Positions 46,669 through 62,774 of a stretch of DNA of 64,000 nt are shown here, one piece after another. The notes beneath the pieces are model-generated. The model was not told where the DNA came from, searched no databases, and worked only from the letters and a program-made list of their open reading frames with translations. Made by a program: the position numbers and the translations under genes. The stretch spans positions 310,001 through 374,000 of the forward strand of contig NIVC01000126.1 in assembly GCA_002269645.1 (NCBI GenBank), in the 5' to 3' direction. Source of the DNA: Macrostomum lignano. Lineage: Eukaryota. Position 1 is the first letter of the stretch. Every line of letters starts with the position of its first letter.

Positions 46669-47061
46669 GGGGTCAGTAGCCTAGTGGTCCAGTGCGGTGC
46701 TCTGATATGTCAGCGGCCCAGGCTGAATTTAGGGCTGAATTGGAATCTCGGCTTGGCTCTGCTCGTACAATTAACGCCTTTGAAGGCCAACCCCAAAGGC
46801 ACAGTGAAGTGTACATGAATAACGATGAATAAAGTAAGGGCCGCTGTACACTCCTGTGTGAGTGTGTCCCTGTGCGTGTGACTGCGTACGTATCCGCGCG
46901 CTGGTGTGCCTGCTCAGGGGAGTCGGCGGAATGGGCAGTAATGCCTCTCGCCGGTTGTGTGACAACGGTTGTGTGACAATGGTTGTGTGACAATGGTTGT
47001 GTGACAATGTCCGTTTAAAGTGCGCCAGGTTGCACCACACAGACCCTGCCTCGGATAAAAA
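46669..47061 (+). mobile_element. tRNA-derived SINE family A, copy 2 (with internal 15-bp tandem)
   Basis: Head GGGGTCAGTAGCCTAGTGG. Body matches 11976-12335. GGTTGTGTGACAA repeated 4 times. Tail ..CCCTGCCTCGGATAAAAA. Confidence 0.75.
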
Positions 47062-47229
47062 GGGGCGATAGCGCCAAGGGGGAATTGTTTGCAACAGAGA
47101 CACTAAACCTGCTCTCATGGAAGCCACAGGACCCTTTGCCCCGACTGCATGGATACGTACACCACATATACCAGTGGTAGTTTGCGTACCCACATGTAAA
47201 CTGCAGTAGACATGTATCACGAGCGACTG

Positions 47230-48100
47230 ACAAGTGGGCGCCTAGTTTGACACCTGGAGACTCTTGATCAACTGACAGGTGCAGGGCGCCTAGTTTGACA
47301 CCTGACACTCTTGATCAACTGACAGGTGGGCGTCTAGTTTGACACCTGACACTCTTGATCAACTGACAGGTGCAGGGCGCCTAGTTTGACACCTGACACT
47401 CTTGATCAACTGACAGGTGGGCGTCTAGTTTGACACCTGACACTCTTGATCAACTGACAGGTGCAGGGCGCCTAGTTTGACACCTGACACTCTTGATCAA
47501 CTGACAGGTGCAGGGCGCCTAGTTTGACACCTGACACTCTTGATCAACTGACAGATGGGCGTCTAGTTTGACACCTGACACTCTTGATCAACTGACAGGT
47601 GCAGGGCGCCTAGTTTGACACCTGACACGATCTTGATCAACTGACAGGTGCAGGGCGCCTAGTTTGACACCTGACACTCTTGATCAACTGACAGGTGGGC
47701 GTCTAGTTTGACACCTGACAGGTGCAGGGCGTCTAGTTTGACACCTGACACTCTTGATCAACTGACAGGTGGGTGTCTAGTTTGACACCTGACACTCTTG
47801 ATCAACTGACAGGTGGGTGTCTAGTTTGACACCTGACACAATTGATCAACTGACAGGTGGGTGTCTAGTTTGACACCTGACACTCTTGATCAACTGACAG
47901 GTGCAGGGCGCATAGTTTGACACCTGACACAATTAATCAACTGACAGGTGCAGGGCGCCTAGTTTGACACCTGACACAATTGATCAACTGACAGGTGCAG
48001 GGCGCCTAGTTTGACACCTGACACTATTGATCAACTGACAGGTGGGTGTCTAGTTTGACACCTGACACAATTGATCAACTGACAGGTGGGCGTCTAGTTT
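47230..48100. repeat. 47/43-bp minisatellite between the ankyrin and CSK 3' ends
   Basis: GCCTAGTTTGACACCTGACACTCTTGATCAACTGACAGGTGCAGGGC and a shorter GTGGG variant. Confidence 0.95.
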
Positions 48101-49109
48101 GAGTTTTAATATGCTATCTCAAGCGACGCATTGAGCTTGCACAAAAATACAGCCAAAACGAAAAATGCACAGAATTGAGAAAAATTGATAGCAAAAGCCA
48201 GGAGATTAAAAAATCAGTTTTAAACATTTTTTTTATCGTAGACGTGTACAGCTGACAAAGGTTATTGTAAAACAACAAAACGAGTAGGTAACGAATGATC
48301 GAATGTGTCAGTTAAATAACATGACAGGCAACAAAATTTTCAGTTTATCTGGCACTATCACGGATCATGAATCTATTAATTATTATTATCGTCATAATTA
48401 TTACTGTCCATAAATAAAGTCTAAATTTAATTTTTAAAAGCGCCAACAGATTTCGATGATAAAAAATGTCACAGGCTACTACTTACGCTGACAGTAGTTT
48501 TAACGGGGGAAAAGTGATTTAATACTCAAAATACTGTCGTAAAATAAACTAATTCGTTGTAATTCAGCGAACTCAAATGGCCGATATTGAGTGCGAAATA
48601 CCTGTAAAATGCAAAATGTACAAACTCTGACTTGGGGCTGGTGAATGAGCGATTCAAAATTTTAAATTCTCACTGGGGCGATGATGCAATTTCACAGGTT
48701 GTAGACTAATTAAGATGGTATACTTCTACAGGTGGGAGATAAAAGCTTACGGTGAGATGATTTACTTCTTTGCTGGGAGGAATAACTCCTAAACAACACG
48801 AACCAGCATGCAGTGCATAATTACGAAAGTCTTGAATAAAAAAGCAACAATGCTGCAAATCAATAATTGTTATTCAGCAGTTAATTAAACAAATAAGCTT
48901 GGCTTTTCGAACACTTGAATACGCAGAAATGGAAGAAGCGAGTTTTAAAAAATCAATTTTTAATACTTTGTCAATCGTTATTAGAGGCAGGGGGCGAAGC
49001 CGGTCATTATAACAAGGACGAACAACACCAAAAGTAAGAAAAAACTCATTGTTACAGGAAATCATGGCTGTTGCTGTGTTCTTTATTGGCAGCTCAAATA
49101 AATGTCTGC

Positions 49110-49640
49110 TAAAATGTCCACTTAGCTATGTCGCTATAAAATGTCCACTTAGCTATGTCACTATAAAATGTCCACTTAGCTATGTCGCTATAAAATGTCC
49201 ACTTAGCTATGTCGCTATAAAATTCCACTTAGCTATGTCGCTATAAAATGTCCACTTAACTATGTCGCTATAAAATATCCACTTAGCTATGTCGCTATAA
49301 AATGTCCACTTAGCTATGTCGCTAAAATGTCCACCTAACTAAGTCGCTATAAAATGTCCACTTAGCTATGTCGCTATAAAATGTCTACTTTGCAATGTCG
49401 CTATAAAATGTCCACTTAACTATGTCGCTATAAAATATCCACTTAGCTATGTCGCTATAAAATGTCCACTTAGCTATGTCGCTAAAATGTCCACCTAACT
49501 AAGTCGCTATAAAATGTCCACTTAGCTATGTCGCTATAAAATGTCTACTTTGCAATGTCGCTATAAAATGTCCACTTAGCTATGTCGCTAAAATGTCCAC
49601 CTAACTAAGTCGCTATAAAATGTCCACTCAACTATCTCAT
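49110..49640. repeat. 27-bp minisatellite (AAAATGTCCACTTAGCTATGTCGCTAT)
   Basis: About 19 units with a higher-order 160-bp duplication. Confidence 0.93.
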
Positions 49641-49822
49641 TAAAATGTCCAGTGGTCATTGTCGTGCCGCAAAGTTTCTCTCAACTTTGTCGCTAAAATA
49701 TAAAAAGTTGGTTTCAAGCTGCCAAAAACACAGGTCGTATGTGGGCTTGGCATTTTAGCAGAAGATCTGCTGTTTTCGTGTGCTATCTACTCACTAACTA
49801 CTGTACTAAGTAGGAGTGCAGG

Positions 49823-53904
<4,082 letters not shown>

Positions 53905-55186
53905 ATTTGCTGATCAAACATTTAGTTGTTATTTCTTTGAGCTGAAAATCCAAAGAAAATGATACTATAATGCTTATTAAGTAAAGCTATAATAAGAAAG
54001 CAATAATAAGAAAGCCAAGTAGCTAGGCCTAAGCTAAATATGTATGCATAAATAAAAGAAATAAATATTATAATTTATATACACTTGGTAATACGCAATA
54101 CTTTATTTTTTACATGGAGTAAAATCTAATAAGTAAAATCCCAAACATTAAATTAACACTTATTCAAATGACCAGTAGGCTAGCTGGCTATACTAAATAC
54201 ATGACATAGGAATAATCCGAATAAATAATAATGGAAATGTCAATGCTTGAAACTCATCGTTGAAATTATGAAATTCTAAGTTATTGCTACGTTAAGCCGA
54301 TAATATACTTAACGTACTTTTAGATTCCAAAATCAATATCTAATAAAAAATCGCAAGAGCTAAAAAACTAAAATTAAAAACTTTGAATAAAGAAATTTGA
54401 CGAAATAGGCATCTGACAGACAATAGTCAATATGAAATACCGGACAAACCTTATAGATTTATTATATTGTGATTATGACAAAATATAAAGCGACTAGATT
54501 CTAGAATTCAAACCTTTTTTAATAATTAATTATATATATTGGGATCGACACTGAACAGATACATGATAACTCAAAACAAGACAAATAGCAATCGTTCATA
54601 CTATTTTTTTTATCTAAACACTAGTTTCTGACAGAAATTATCAGACTGACTGCTAACTTATCACCTACTTGGTAATGTGAACTCGTGTACATGCACATGT
54701 GTGTGAACGGCAAAGGTCTTGTGATCGAAGTTCTTCGGCAACGCGATTAATTAGCGATATCAATCAAATCAATTAATTTAAGTTACTGCTAAGGAAACAA
54801 ATATTAGATCTACACGATCTCGAACATACAAAAATTATCTGTACAAAAAGTTTTGAGGCTGAACGAATGTATAGTTTATTGTTGTAGTCATATAACGAAG
54901 TTTTGTTATTCTAATTGTTATTTCTCCGCAAAAATTAACGATAACTAATGTCTACATGGGATCTCAATGACAATCAAAACTCTAGAAGTTATGATAGTAA
55001 AATTATGCAAATCACGTGCGAAAAGGGCGTCTGCTGGCGCTTTGAGATGATAACCACATCAAGCCGCAGGTAGGGCGTCGTATTTTATTAATACTCGTAT
55101 ATTCTAATACTGATCCGCACCCTAAGAAGTGGCGCAAGTGACGCAACATTTCGACACGTACCATGAACAACTGAAGTAGACTTCGG

Positions 55187-55358
55187 CATAGGCGGATCTA
55201 GGGAACCCCTCTCTGCCGCGGACAAAAAATTGGGCCATACCTTTTTCGGTTGCAACTACGCCAGGTCTATTTTCCTATACTGGATTGTACATGTACATGT
55301 AGTGCTTGGTATACTTATAGCTTATAGGCCCTCAAAAAATTTTCTGGATCCGCGCCTG
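55187..55358. mobile_element. Short hAT-type MITE, 172 bp (family 3)
   Basis: TIR CATAGGCGGATCTAG versus CAGGCGCGGATCCAG (11/15). TSD GACTTCGG/GACTTCGA (7/8). Confidence 0.7.
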
Positions 55359-56589
55359 GACTTCGACTAGCGTTCTTCAAGTAGATTTAGATTAAAACTA
55401 GGCATACTTTTACTTGCATACTTACATGCAACTTATTAGTACATACATTGCATTTGATGTTGCTTCACAATACACCTTAACACGCATAAAATTTTATAGG
55501 CATAACAATAATAGCTCGTATAATGGTTGACAAATAAATAGTACCAAAAACTTAACGGCAAATTAAATGGCTTCCTTTGCGTGGAAACGCCAAGCTATCA
55601 AATATTGATACATTGATTGCATCAACAGGAAAATAGGGTCCCAAAAGTGTATTTTTACATGTAGATAGCGCTTATAGCAACTGTTCAGCTGTGTAAACAA
55701 CACTGCAAAAAGCGCCGACTAATAATAATAACAAAAGTAAGCGTTCACATTAGTAAAAAATATTAAAGAAACACACAGAAACGACTAAGCCAAGAAGCAA
55801 TAAAGTCGTCGTTAGATTAAAACAATTATATAGTGATCATGATGATATAACTGGCCAAAAATTGAACTACACACTATATTTAGTAACCATTGGACACTAC
55901 CGTACAACATTAAAGAAAATTGCAAGAGCCAAAGGTTTATATATTAAAAATAATGTATTAAATCATGCAGTACCCTTGTACTTGAAAGGGCAAGAAAATA
56001 ATAAATAACATTAAAACTAATCCGACTTAGCACACGATATGATTTTAATGACAATCTCAAACTAATCGAAAAAATATCTCGCTCAAAAAACTTTGACTAA
56101 GAAGAATACAACACCTGATTGTATTATGCAAAAATATCCTATATTTTAAACTGGCTCACCCTCAGTATTGAGTAGAAGTATTATTGCAATAGTAGATGCA
56201 GTGAATTATCTAATTTTCAAACTATAAATAGCTAAACAAATTATATTACTAAATTAGACGTTAAGATGGCAAAATGTGGAAAAAGTAGGAAGTGATAAAT
56301 GATGTGTACGACCATATTTTCAAAAAGCAGTTCACAATAATATTAGTGCATTGTGTACAGTGCGCATTTTTTAAAAAGCATATTCATGTACAGTAATGGA
56401 TGAGCAACCATATTTAATAAGAACAAACGCAGACAGGTAATATTTTGTCTTAAAATCTGTCATTTTTAACTGGGTCTGTATTGATAAACCGGTGTGATGT
56501 ATAAGGAAGGTTGACTGCACTAGTGTCTGTGGGTTTTCTATAGGATGTACATAAGCTAGATTGGTATCTAGGGCACGTCCAAGAAATGT

Positions 56590-57050
56590 TTATGGAATAT
56601 CTACAGAATGTCCATTGGATGACTACAGGATATCTACAGAATGTCTATAGGTTGTCTACGGGATGCCTACAGAATGTCTATCGGATGTCTACGGGATGTC
56701 TACAGAATGTCTATTGGATGTCTACGGGATACCTACAGAATGTCTATTGGATGTCTACAGGATATCTACACAATGTCTATTGGATGTCTACAGGATATCT
56801 ACAGAATGTCTATAGGTTGTCTACGGGATGCCTACAGAATGTCTATCGGATGTCTACAGAATGTCTATTGGATGTCTACGGGATACCTGCAGAATGTCTA
56901 TTGGATGTCTACGGGATACCTACAGAATGTCTATTGGTTGTATACGGGATACCTACAGAATGTCTATTGGATGTCTACGGGATACCTACAGAATGTCTAT
57001 TGGATGTCTACGGGATACCTACAGAATGTATATGGTATTCCAGGGAATGT
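56590..57050. repeat. 33-bp minisatellite (GGATGTCTACGGGATACCTACAGAATGTCTATT)
   Basis: About 14 tandem units. Confidence 0.93.
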
Positions 57051-57679
57051 CTGCCGAATGTCCATGATCGTGTCTGTGATCTCTAAGGGGATTTATTTGG
57101 GAACGTCTGACGGAATTTTTTGGTAGACATGCCTTAAGTTGGGATATTTCAGGAAGTTATTCTACATCAATAAACTTTGAACTCTTCGTCTTCGAACTCT
57201 TGAGAAAAACAAATATGAAAACAGAAATACATGGAAGTTAGCAAGAATACTTTTACTACTGACATTTAACATCTAGTAGTATTGAATGCAGTACTGTTTA
57301 AAAATTAGTATAAAGCCAGTAGTTCGGTCGAATAAAAACTACGAGAGCATTTAAGATAAAATTTATTACAAGTAACAACTGACGAAACTGACTGATAACC
57401 AACAATATTAGACAATAGTTTCTTTTCACAAAGTGATGGCGCCAAAATTATTAATTATATTTCGTTTCTGGAAATGATATGTAAAATAATGTGTGAAAAA
57501 TGGAAAATTGCTTAATTATGCATTGAATAAAATAACAGACTAGGCAATAACTTGTAGGTAAGCACTATGGCATACCTATTTGCATGCATTGTTGGCAAAG
57601 CTGAATGTTATTTGTAACAGACCGTTAAATTATTATAACACTACGTATGAAACGCATTGTCACAATTTACAATCACGCT

Positions 57680-58640
57680 GTTGTGGCCAATGCTATATCC
57701 ATGGTCTCAATGTACGATCACACGGCTGTGACCAATGCTATCCATGGTCTCAATGTACGATCACACGGCTGTGACCAATGCTATCCATGGTCTCAATGTA
57801 CGATCACACGGCTGTGACCAATGCTATCCATAGTCACAATGCACGATCAAACGGCTGTGACCAATGCTATCCATGGTCACAATGCACGATCAAACGGCTG
57901 TGACCAATGCTATCCATGGTCTCAATGTACGATCACACGGCTGTGACCAATGCTATCCATGGTCACAATGCACGATCAAACGGCTGTGACCAATGCTATC
58001 CATGGTCACAATGCACGATCAAACGGCTGTGACCAATGCTATCCATGGTCTCAATGTACGATCACACGGCTGTGACCAATGCTATCCATGGTCACAATGC
58101 ACAATCACACGGTTGTGACCAATGCTATCCATGGTCACAATGCACGATCAAACGGCTGTGACCAATGCTATCCATGGTCACAATGCACGATCACACGGCT
58201 GTGACCAATGCTATCCATGGTCACAATGCACGATCACACGGTTGTGACCAATGCTATCCATGGTCACAATGCACGATCACACGGTTGTGACCAATGCTAT
58301 CCATGGTCACAATGCACGATCACACGGTTGTGACCAATGCTATCCATGGTCACAATGCACGATCACACGGCTGTGACCAATGCTATCCATGGTCACAATG
58401 CACGATCACACGGTTGTGACCACTGCTATCCATGGTCACAATGTACGATCACACGGTTGTGACCAATGCTATCCATGGTCACAATGTACGATCACACGGT
58501 TGTGACCACTGCTATCCATGGTCACAATGTACGATCACACGGTTGTGACCAATGCTATCCATGGTCACAATGTACGATCACACGGTTGTGATCAATGCTA
58601 TCCATGGTCACAATGCACGATCACACGGTTGTGACCACTG
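57680..58640. repeat. 43-bp hairpin-forming minisatellite downstream of TMEM185
   Basis: About 22 copies of GTGACCAATGCTATCCATGGTCACAATGCACGATCACACGGTT. Confidence 0.96.
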
Positions 58641-58743
58641 CCATCGGATTACACGGTTGAAACTATGACTTAACAAATAACAATCTATTACTATTAGCCA
58701 CATAGCCACTAATTAAAATTACATGATGGTAATTAGGTATCAA

Positions 58744-60512
58744 TTAATCCGGCACACGAATGCATAATGTTTCATTGTGCGTTAAATAGTTTCCATTACT
58801 TTCGCATCCGCAGCAATACTGTAGCTGTTCTAGCTTCTGCTGCTGATTTAGGAATAGAAATTTCTGGTCAAAACAATCCGTAAGTCGGTGCTCGTCGCTG
58901 CCAGAAGCTAATCCAGTTGTCGGACTATTAGCAACAACAATTGCTGAAGCTGTTGACGCACTCGACGGACCATCGTCTGGACGCTGGGACGTTGAAGGCT
59001 GGGGCGATACAGACTGAGACTGTGAAGGCGACTGCTGCTGGCCTTGCTGATCCAGCTGCGATTGTCTCTGCGCCTGTGGCACAGTCTTATAACTAACATT
59101 AGCGTACTCTTGCAATAGCGGACAAGCTTCTAGAAGGAATTGTGCAAACTCTTTGCCAATACCAAACCACCAGATGTTGCATTTTCGGCTATAGCAGGCT
59201 AAGCAGCACATTGCTACCAGAGATAACAACAAAGGACAACCGGCTGTAAGATAGTTAATATGCATTCTCTGATCCAACTTCTCAGTGATTAATACGCAGA
59301 ATGCTAGCATTGGTATAGCAGCGGCGGAGTAGCCTAAAGCTACGTGCAAAGATTGCCGGGCGAGGCCTCTAGCTGCGGTGGCGGCCTGACTAGATCTGAG
59401 CAGCAGTACGGCCAAGATGACGCTGTACACAACCAGGATGATAGCTACGCACAGTGCAATCCACAGCGGGATGAGTACAAAGCCCCAGGACCAGGTAATT
59501 AATCCGTCAAGTTGCAAGGCTAAGAATATAAATTGGAGTAGATTTGAGGCGCAGAACAATTCCAAATCGCAGGTCCGATCGTGTCGAAGAGACCAGATTA
59601 CACCGCCAATGCCTACAACTGCCAAGGCTAGCAATGGTATGACGGCAAGAGTCCAGCGCAACAGTTCGTGCTCCAAACGGAGACAGGCGAGAATTTCGAA
59701 TGCTAATAGTAGACCGAGTAGTAGGGAGCTGAGTAGCATAGCTCGGAATTGGATTAGCTGATCCCAGCGACTGGGGCCTGGATTAGCGATTTATATGCGA
59801 TATTTGTATATTGTCAGGCTAGGGATTTGGTTTTAGGCGATTTTGAAAGGGCCGAGAGGGTCCAAGGCGATTTTGAAAGGGCCGAGAGGGTCCAAGGCGA
59901 TTTTGAAAGGGCCGAGAGGGTCCAAGGCGATTTTGAAAGGGCCGAGAGGGTCCAAGGCGATTTTGAAAGGGCCAAAAGGGTCCAAGGCGATTTTGAAAGG
60001 GCCGAGAGGGTCCAAGGCGATTTTGAAAGGGCCAAGAGGGTCCAAGACGATTTTGAAAGGGCCGAGAGGGTCCAAGGCGATTTTGAAAGGGCCGAGAGGG
60101 TCCAAGGCGATTTTGAAAGGGCCGAGAGGGTCTGAGGCCATTTGTAGATCCAAGATCTGAGGCGATTTTAAAGGCCCGAGAAGGTCCGAAGCGATTCTTA
60201 AAGGTCCATAAGGACTCTCTTATGCGAACGTGTTTAAAGCAATTGATTTTAAAACAGCAATTTTAGCTGTAAGAAAATAGTGAAAAAAACAATCCAGTGT
60301 AACTCACCAATCTGTCTATAACGAACGCAACCCATAACGCAGCCAATTATGACGCCTAGTTTCCATAGCAACAGCGGCGAGAACACAAGCCACCAGCTGC
60401 ACTGTATTGAACTGTCCAATCTGAGGCAGAACAATAAACAGAATAACAATACACTGGCATAGGCTAGCAGGCGCCACGGGTTAAGGCTTTCTAATAGGCC
60501 GCGAAGTTTCAT
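58744..60512 (-). CDS. TMEM185A: Transmembrane protein 185 (FAM11), 2 exons, 412 aa
   Basis: Exons 60512-60308 and 59777-58744 (phase 1). MKLRGLLESLNP, LRLD..CSWWLVFSPLLLWKL, RHDRTCDLELFCASNLLQFIFLALQLD, WWFGIGKEFAQFLLE..LQEYANVSY and the C-terminal PD match TMEM185. The A and B paralogs cannot be distinguished. Confidence 0.92.
59833..60215. repeat. 30-bp minisatellite in the TMEM185 intron
   Basis: About 11 copies of CAAGGCGATTTTGAAAGGGCCGAGAGGGTC. Confidence 0.95.
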
Positions 60513-60827
60513 TCTCTCTGATCTCCACTGGGAATTGTTTAAAGTACAGATCAAGGAGATCTGGAGGGAGTTCTCCGGACTGAGGAAGGGGTCCTTGGTT
60601 CACGTCATCTGGAATTCGAAAGAATATTTTATTTTACATTATTTTTACTTTTACGAGGTACATGTAATTGCAGCAGGCTTCTGCGCGTTAACTGCACCAA
60701 TAAGGGCCAACATAGTATGAAAATGCTACTACCTCTATAAAGATAATAATAATAATTGATTACACCTGCCTTAATGGGCCAGATGTGCAACCGACAGCTC
60801 AGCGCGGCGCGGCGCATCTGAAGGCTG

Positions 60828-60992
60828 CGTACGGCTGTTCAGTCCAAGGACTGGAGTCCCCACACACACCCTCAATTGCCCCAGCAATGCTTCAAGTGTC
60901 TTGCTCAAAGACACAAATAGTTCCGAATGGGTCAGGAATCAAACTCCCGAACTTTCAGTCGTGAGTCCGACGTTCTAACCACTAGGCTAAAA
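60828..60992 (-). mobile_element. SINE family B, copy 2
   Basis: Reverse complement reads TAGCCTAGTGGTTAG..GAGTTTGATTCC..GTGTCTTTGAGCAAGAC..GTCCTTGGACTGAAC, homologous to 31933-32162. Confidence 0.65.
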
Positions 60993-61484
60993 CTCCAAGC
61001 TGTAGTCTAGACAGAAGAACTAAGAATACTACTAATAGTAATAAAATACTACTTAAAGTAAAAAAGGAAAACATCGAAATTAGTTGATATCATTAATGAA
61101 GTTTTATTTAAATGAAGCGATCGATGAAAAATGAGACACAATTTGCAGGCCGCGCGCGCCCTGTGTACAATCCGTCAAACAGGCTAAACATGTGAAAGCA
61201 AATATTTAAACAAAAATATATGCAGCTAGCCAAGCACAGAAGTAAACAAGCTTTTAAGGGCGATAAAAACTAACGCACGCTAAACCTGTAAAGATTTTAA
61301 TTTGAAAAAATTACGCAATCACGACAATTAACATAATAGACGAGTTTTCGCTGATACGAATGAAAGATGATTAAAATGATGAATGAATTGGCGCTCAAAT
61401 ACATTGATTGCTGCGCAAAGTCATTCATTGCGTTGATGATGAGAATCAGTGCGATTGAAAATTGCAGTTTTTTGCTGCCATTCA

Positions 61485-62225
61485 AGGACCAGCGGCCTCA
61501 CTAAAGACTCAAATACAAAGGACCAGCGGCTTCCCCAAAGACCCAAATACAACAAAGAACCAGCGGCCTTCCAAAGGGCCCAAATACAACAAAGGACCAA
61601 CGGCCTTCCAAAAGACCCAAATACAACAAAGAACCAGCGGCCTCCCAAAGGGCCCAAAAACAACAAAGGACCAGCGGCCTCACTAAAGACTCAAATACAA
61701 CAAAGGACCAGCGGCCTCCCAAAAGACCCAAATACAACAAAGGACCAGCGGCTTCCCCAAAGACCCAAATACAACAAAGAACCAGCGGCCTCCCAAAGGG
61801 CCCAAATACAACAAAGGACCAACGGCCTTCCAAAAGACCCAAAAACAACAAAGAACCAGCGGCCTCCCAAAGGGCCCAAATACAACAAAGGACCAGCGGC
61901 CTCACTAAAGACTCAAATACAACAAAGGACCAGCGGCCTCCCAAAAGACCCAAATACAACAAAGGACCAGCGGCCTCCCAAAGGGCCCAAATACAACAAA
62001 GGACCAGCGGCCTCCCAAAGGACCCAAATACAACAAAGGACCAGCGGCCTTCCAAAGGGCCTAAATACAACAAAGGACCAGCGGCCTTCCGAAGGGCCCA
62101 AATACAACAAAGGACCAGCGGCCTCCCAAAGGGCCTAAATACAAAGGACCAGCAGCCTCCCAAAGGACCCAAATACAAAGGACCAGCAGCCTCCCAAAGG
62201 ACCCAAATACAAAGGACCAGCGGCT
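61485..62225. repeat. 37-bp minisatellite (AAATACAACAAAGGACCAGCGGCCTCCCAAAGGGCCC)
   Basis: About 20 units. Confidence 0.95.
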
Positions 62226-62254
62226 TTACAAGAGACCATAAAAATACCGCTGAC

Positions 62255-62752
62255 CTTCTAAGAGCGAATTCAGCAGTTTTCTATCGCACAAGTCAAACAG
62301 GGCAGCTACATAAAGAGAGTGACAGGTATTTGACAAGGACGCAGAATTTCTATGTACATAATACTCACCTGACGCAAATGAGGAAAAGGAATTTCCAGTT
62401 TCTTGTTTCATCTCAAAGCAGCAGCAGCACCAAGCGTTGTGCAGTGAGAAATGAATCAACCAGCATTAAAGAATAAGCAGAACTGCAGATAATTATTAAA
62501 TAAATTAACCTGAGAAAATTGGCAACGAAGAAGACTAATCCAGGTCTGATTGGTTGTTGATACTAATTAAAGTATAAACAATTATATGTACAGCAATAAC
62601 CTTCAAGCTAGGCGAGTTTGACAAAAAAAACTGAAAACAAAAAACATTCAAACCAGGAGACTATTTAGGAAACGATAATATATAGTGCAAAACCTCTGCT
62701 TCAGCTAGACATAATTTAATCTGCAGGAAAGCATGACTTACAACCTGAAGAT
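62255..62752 (-). other. Chain of candidate micro-exons of an unidentified transcript
   Basis: AG/GT-bounded segments at 62752-62742 (11 nt), 62545-62510 (36 nt), 62411-62369 (43 nt) and 62305-62255 (51 nt). No recognisable product. Confidence 0.35.
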
Positions 62753-62774
62753 CTGGAGGGCGATAGCATTTAAA

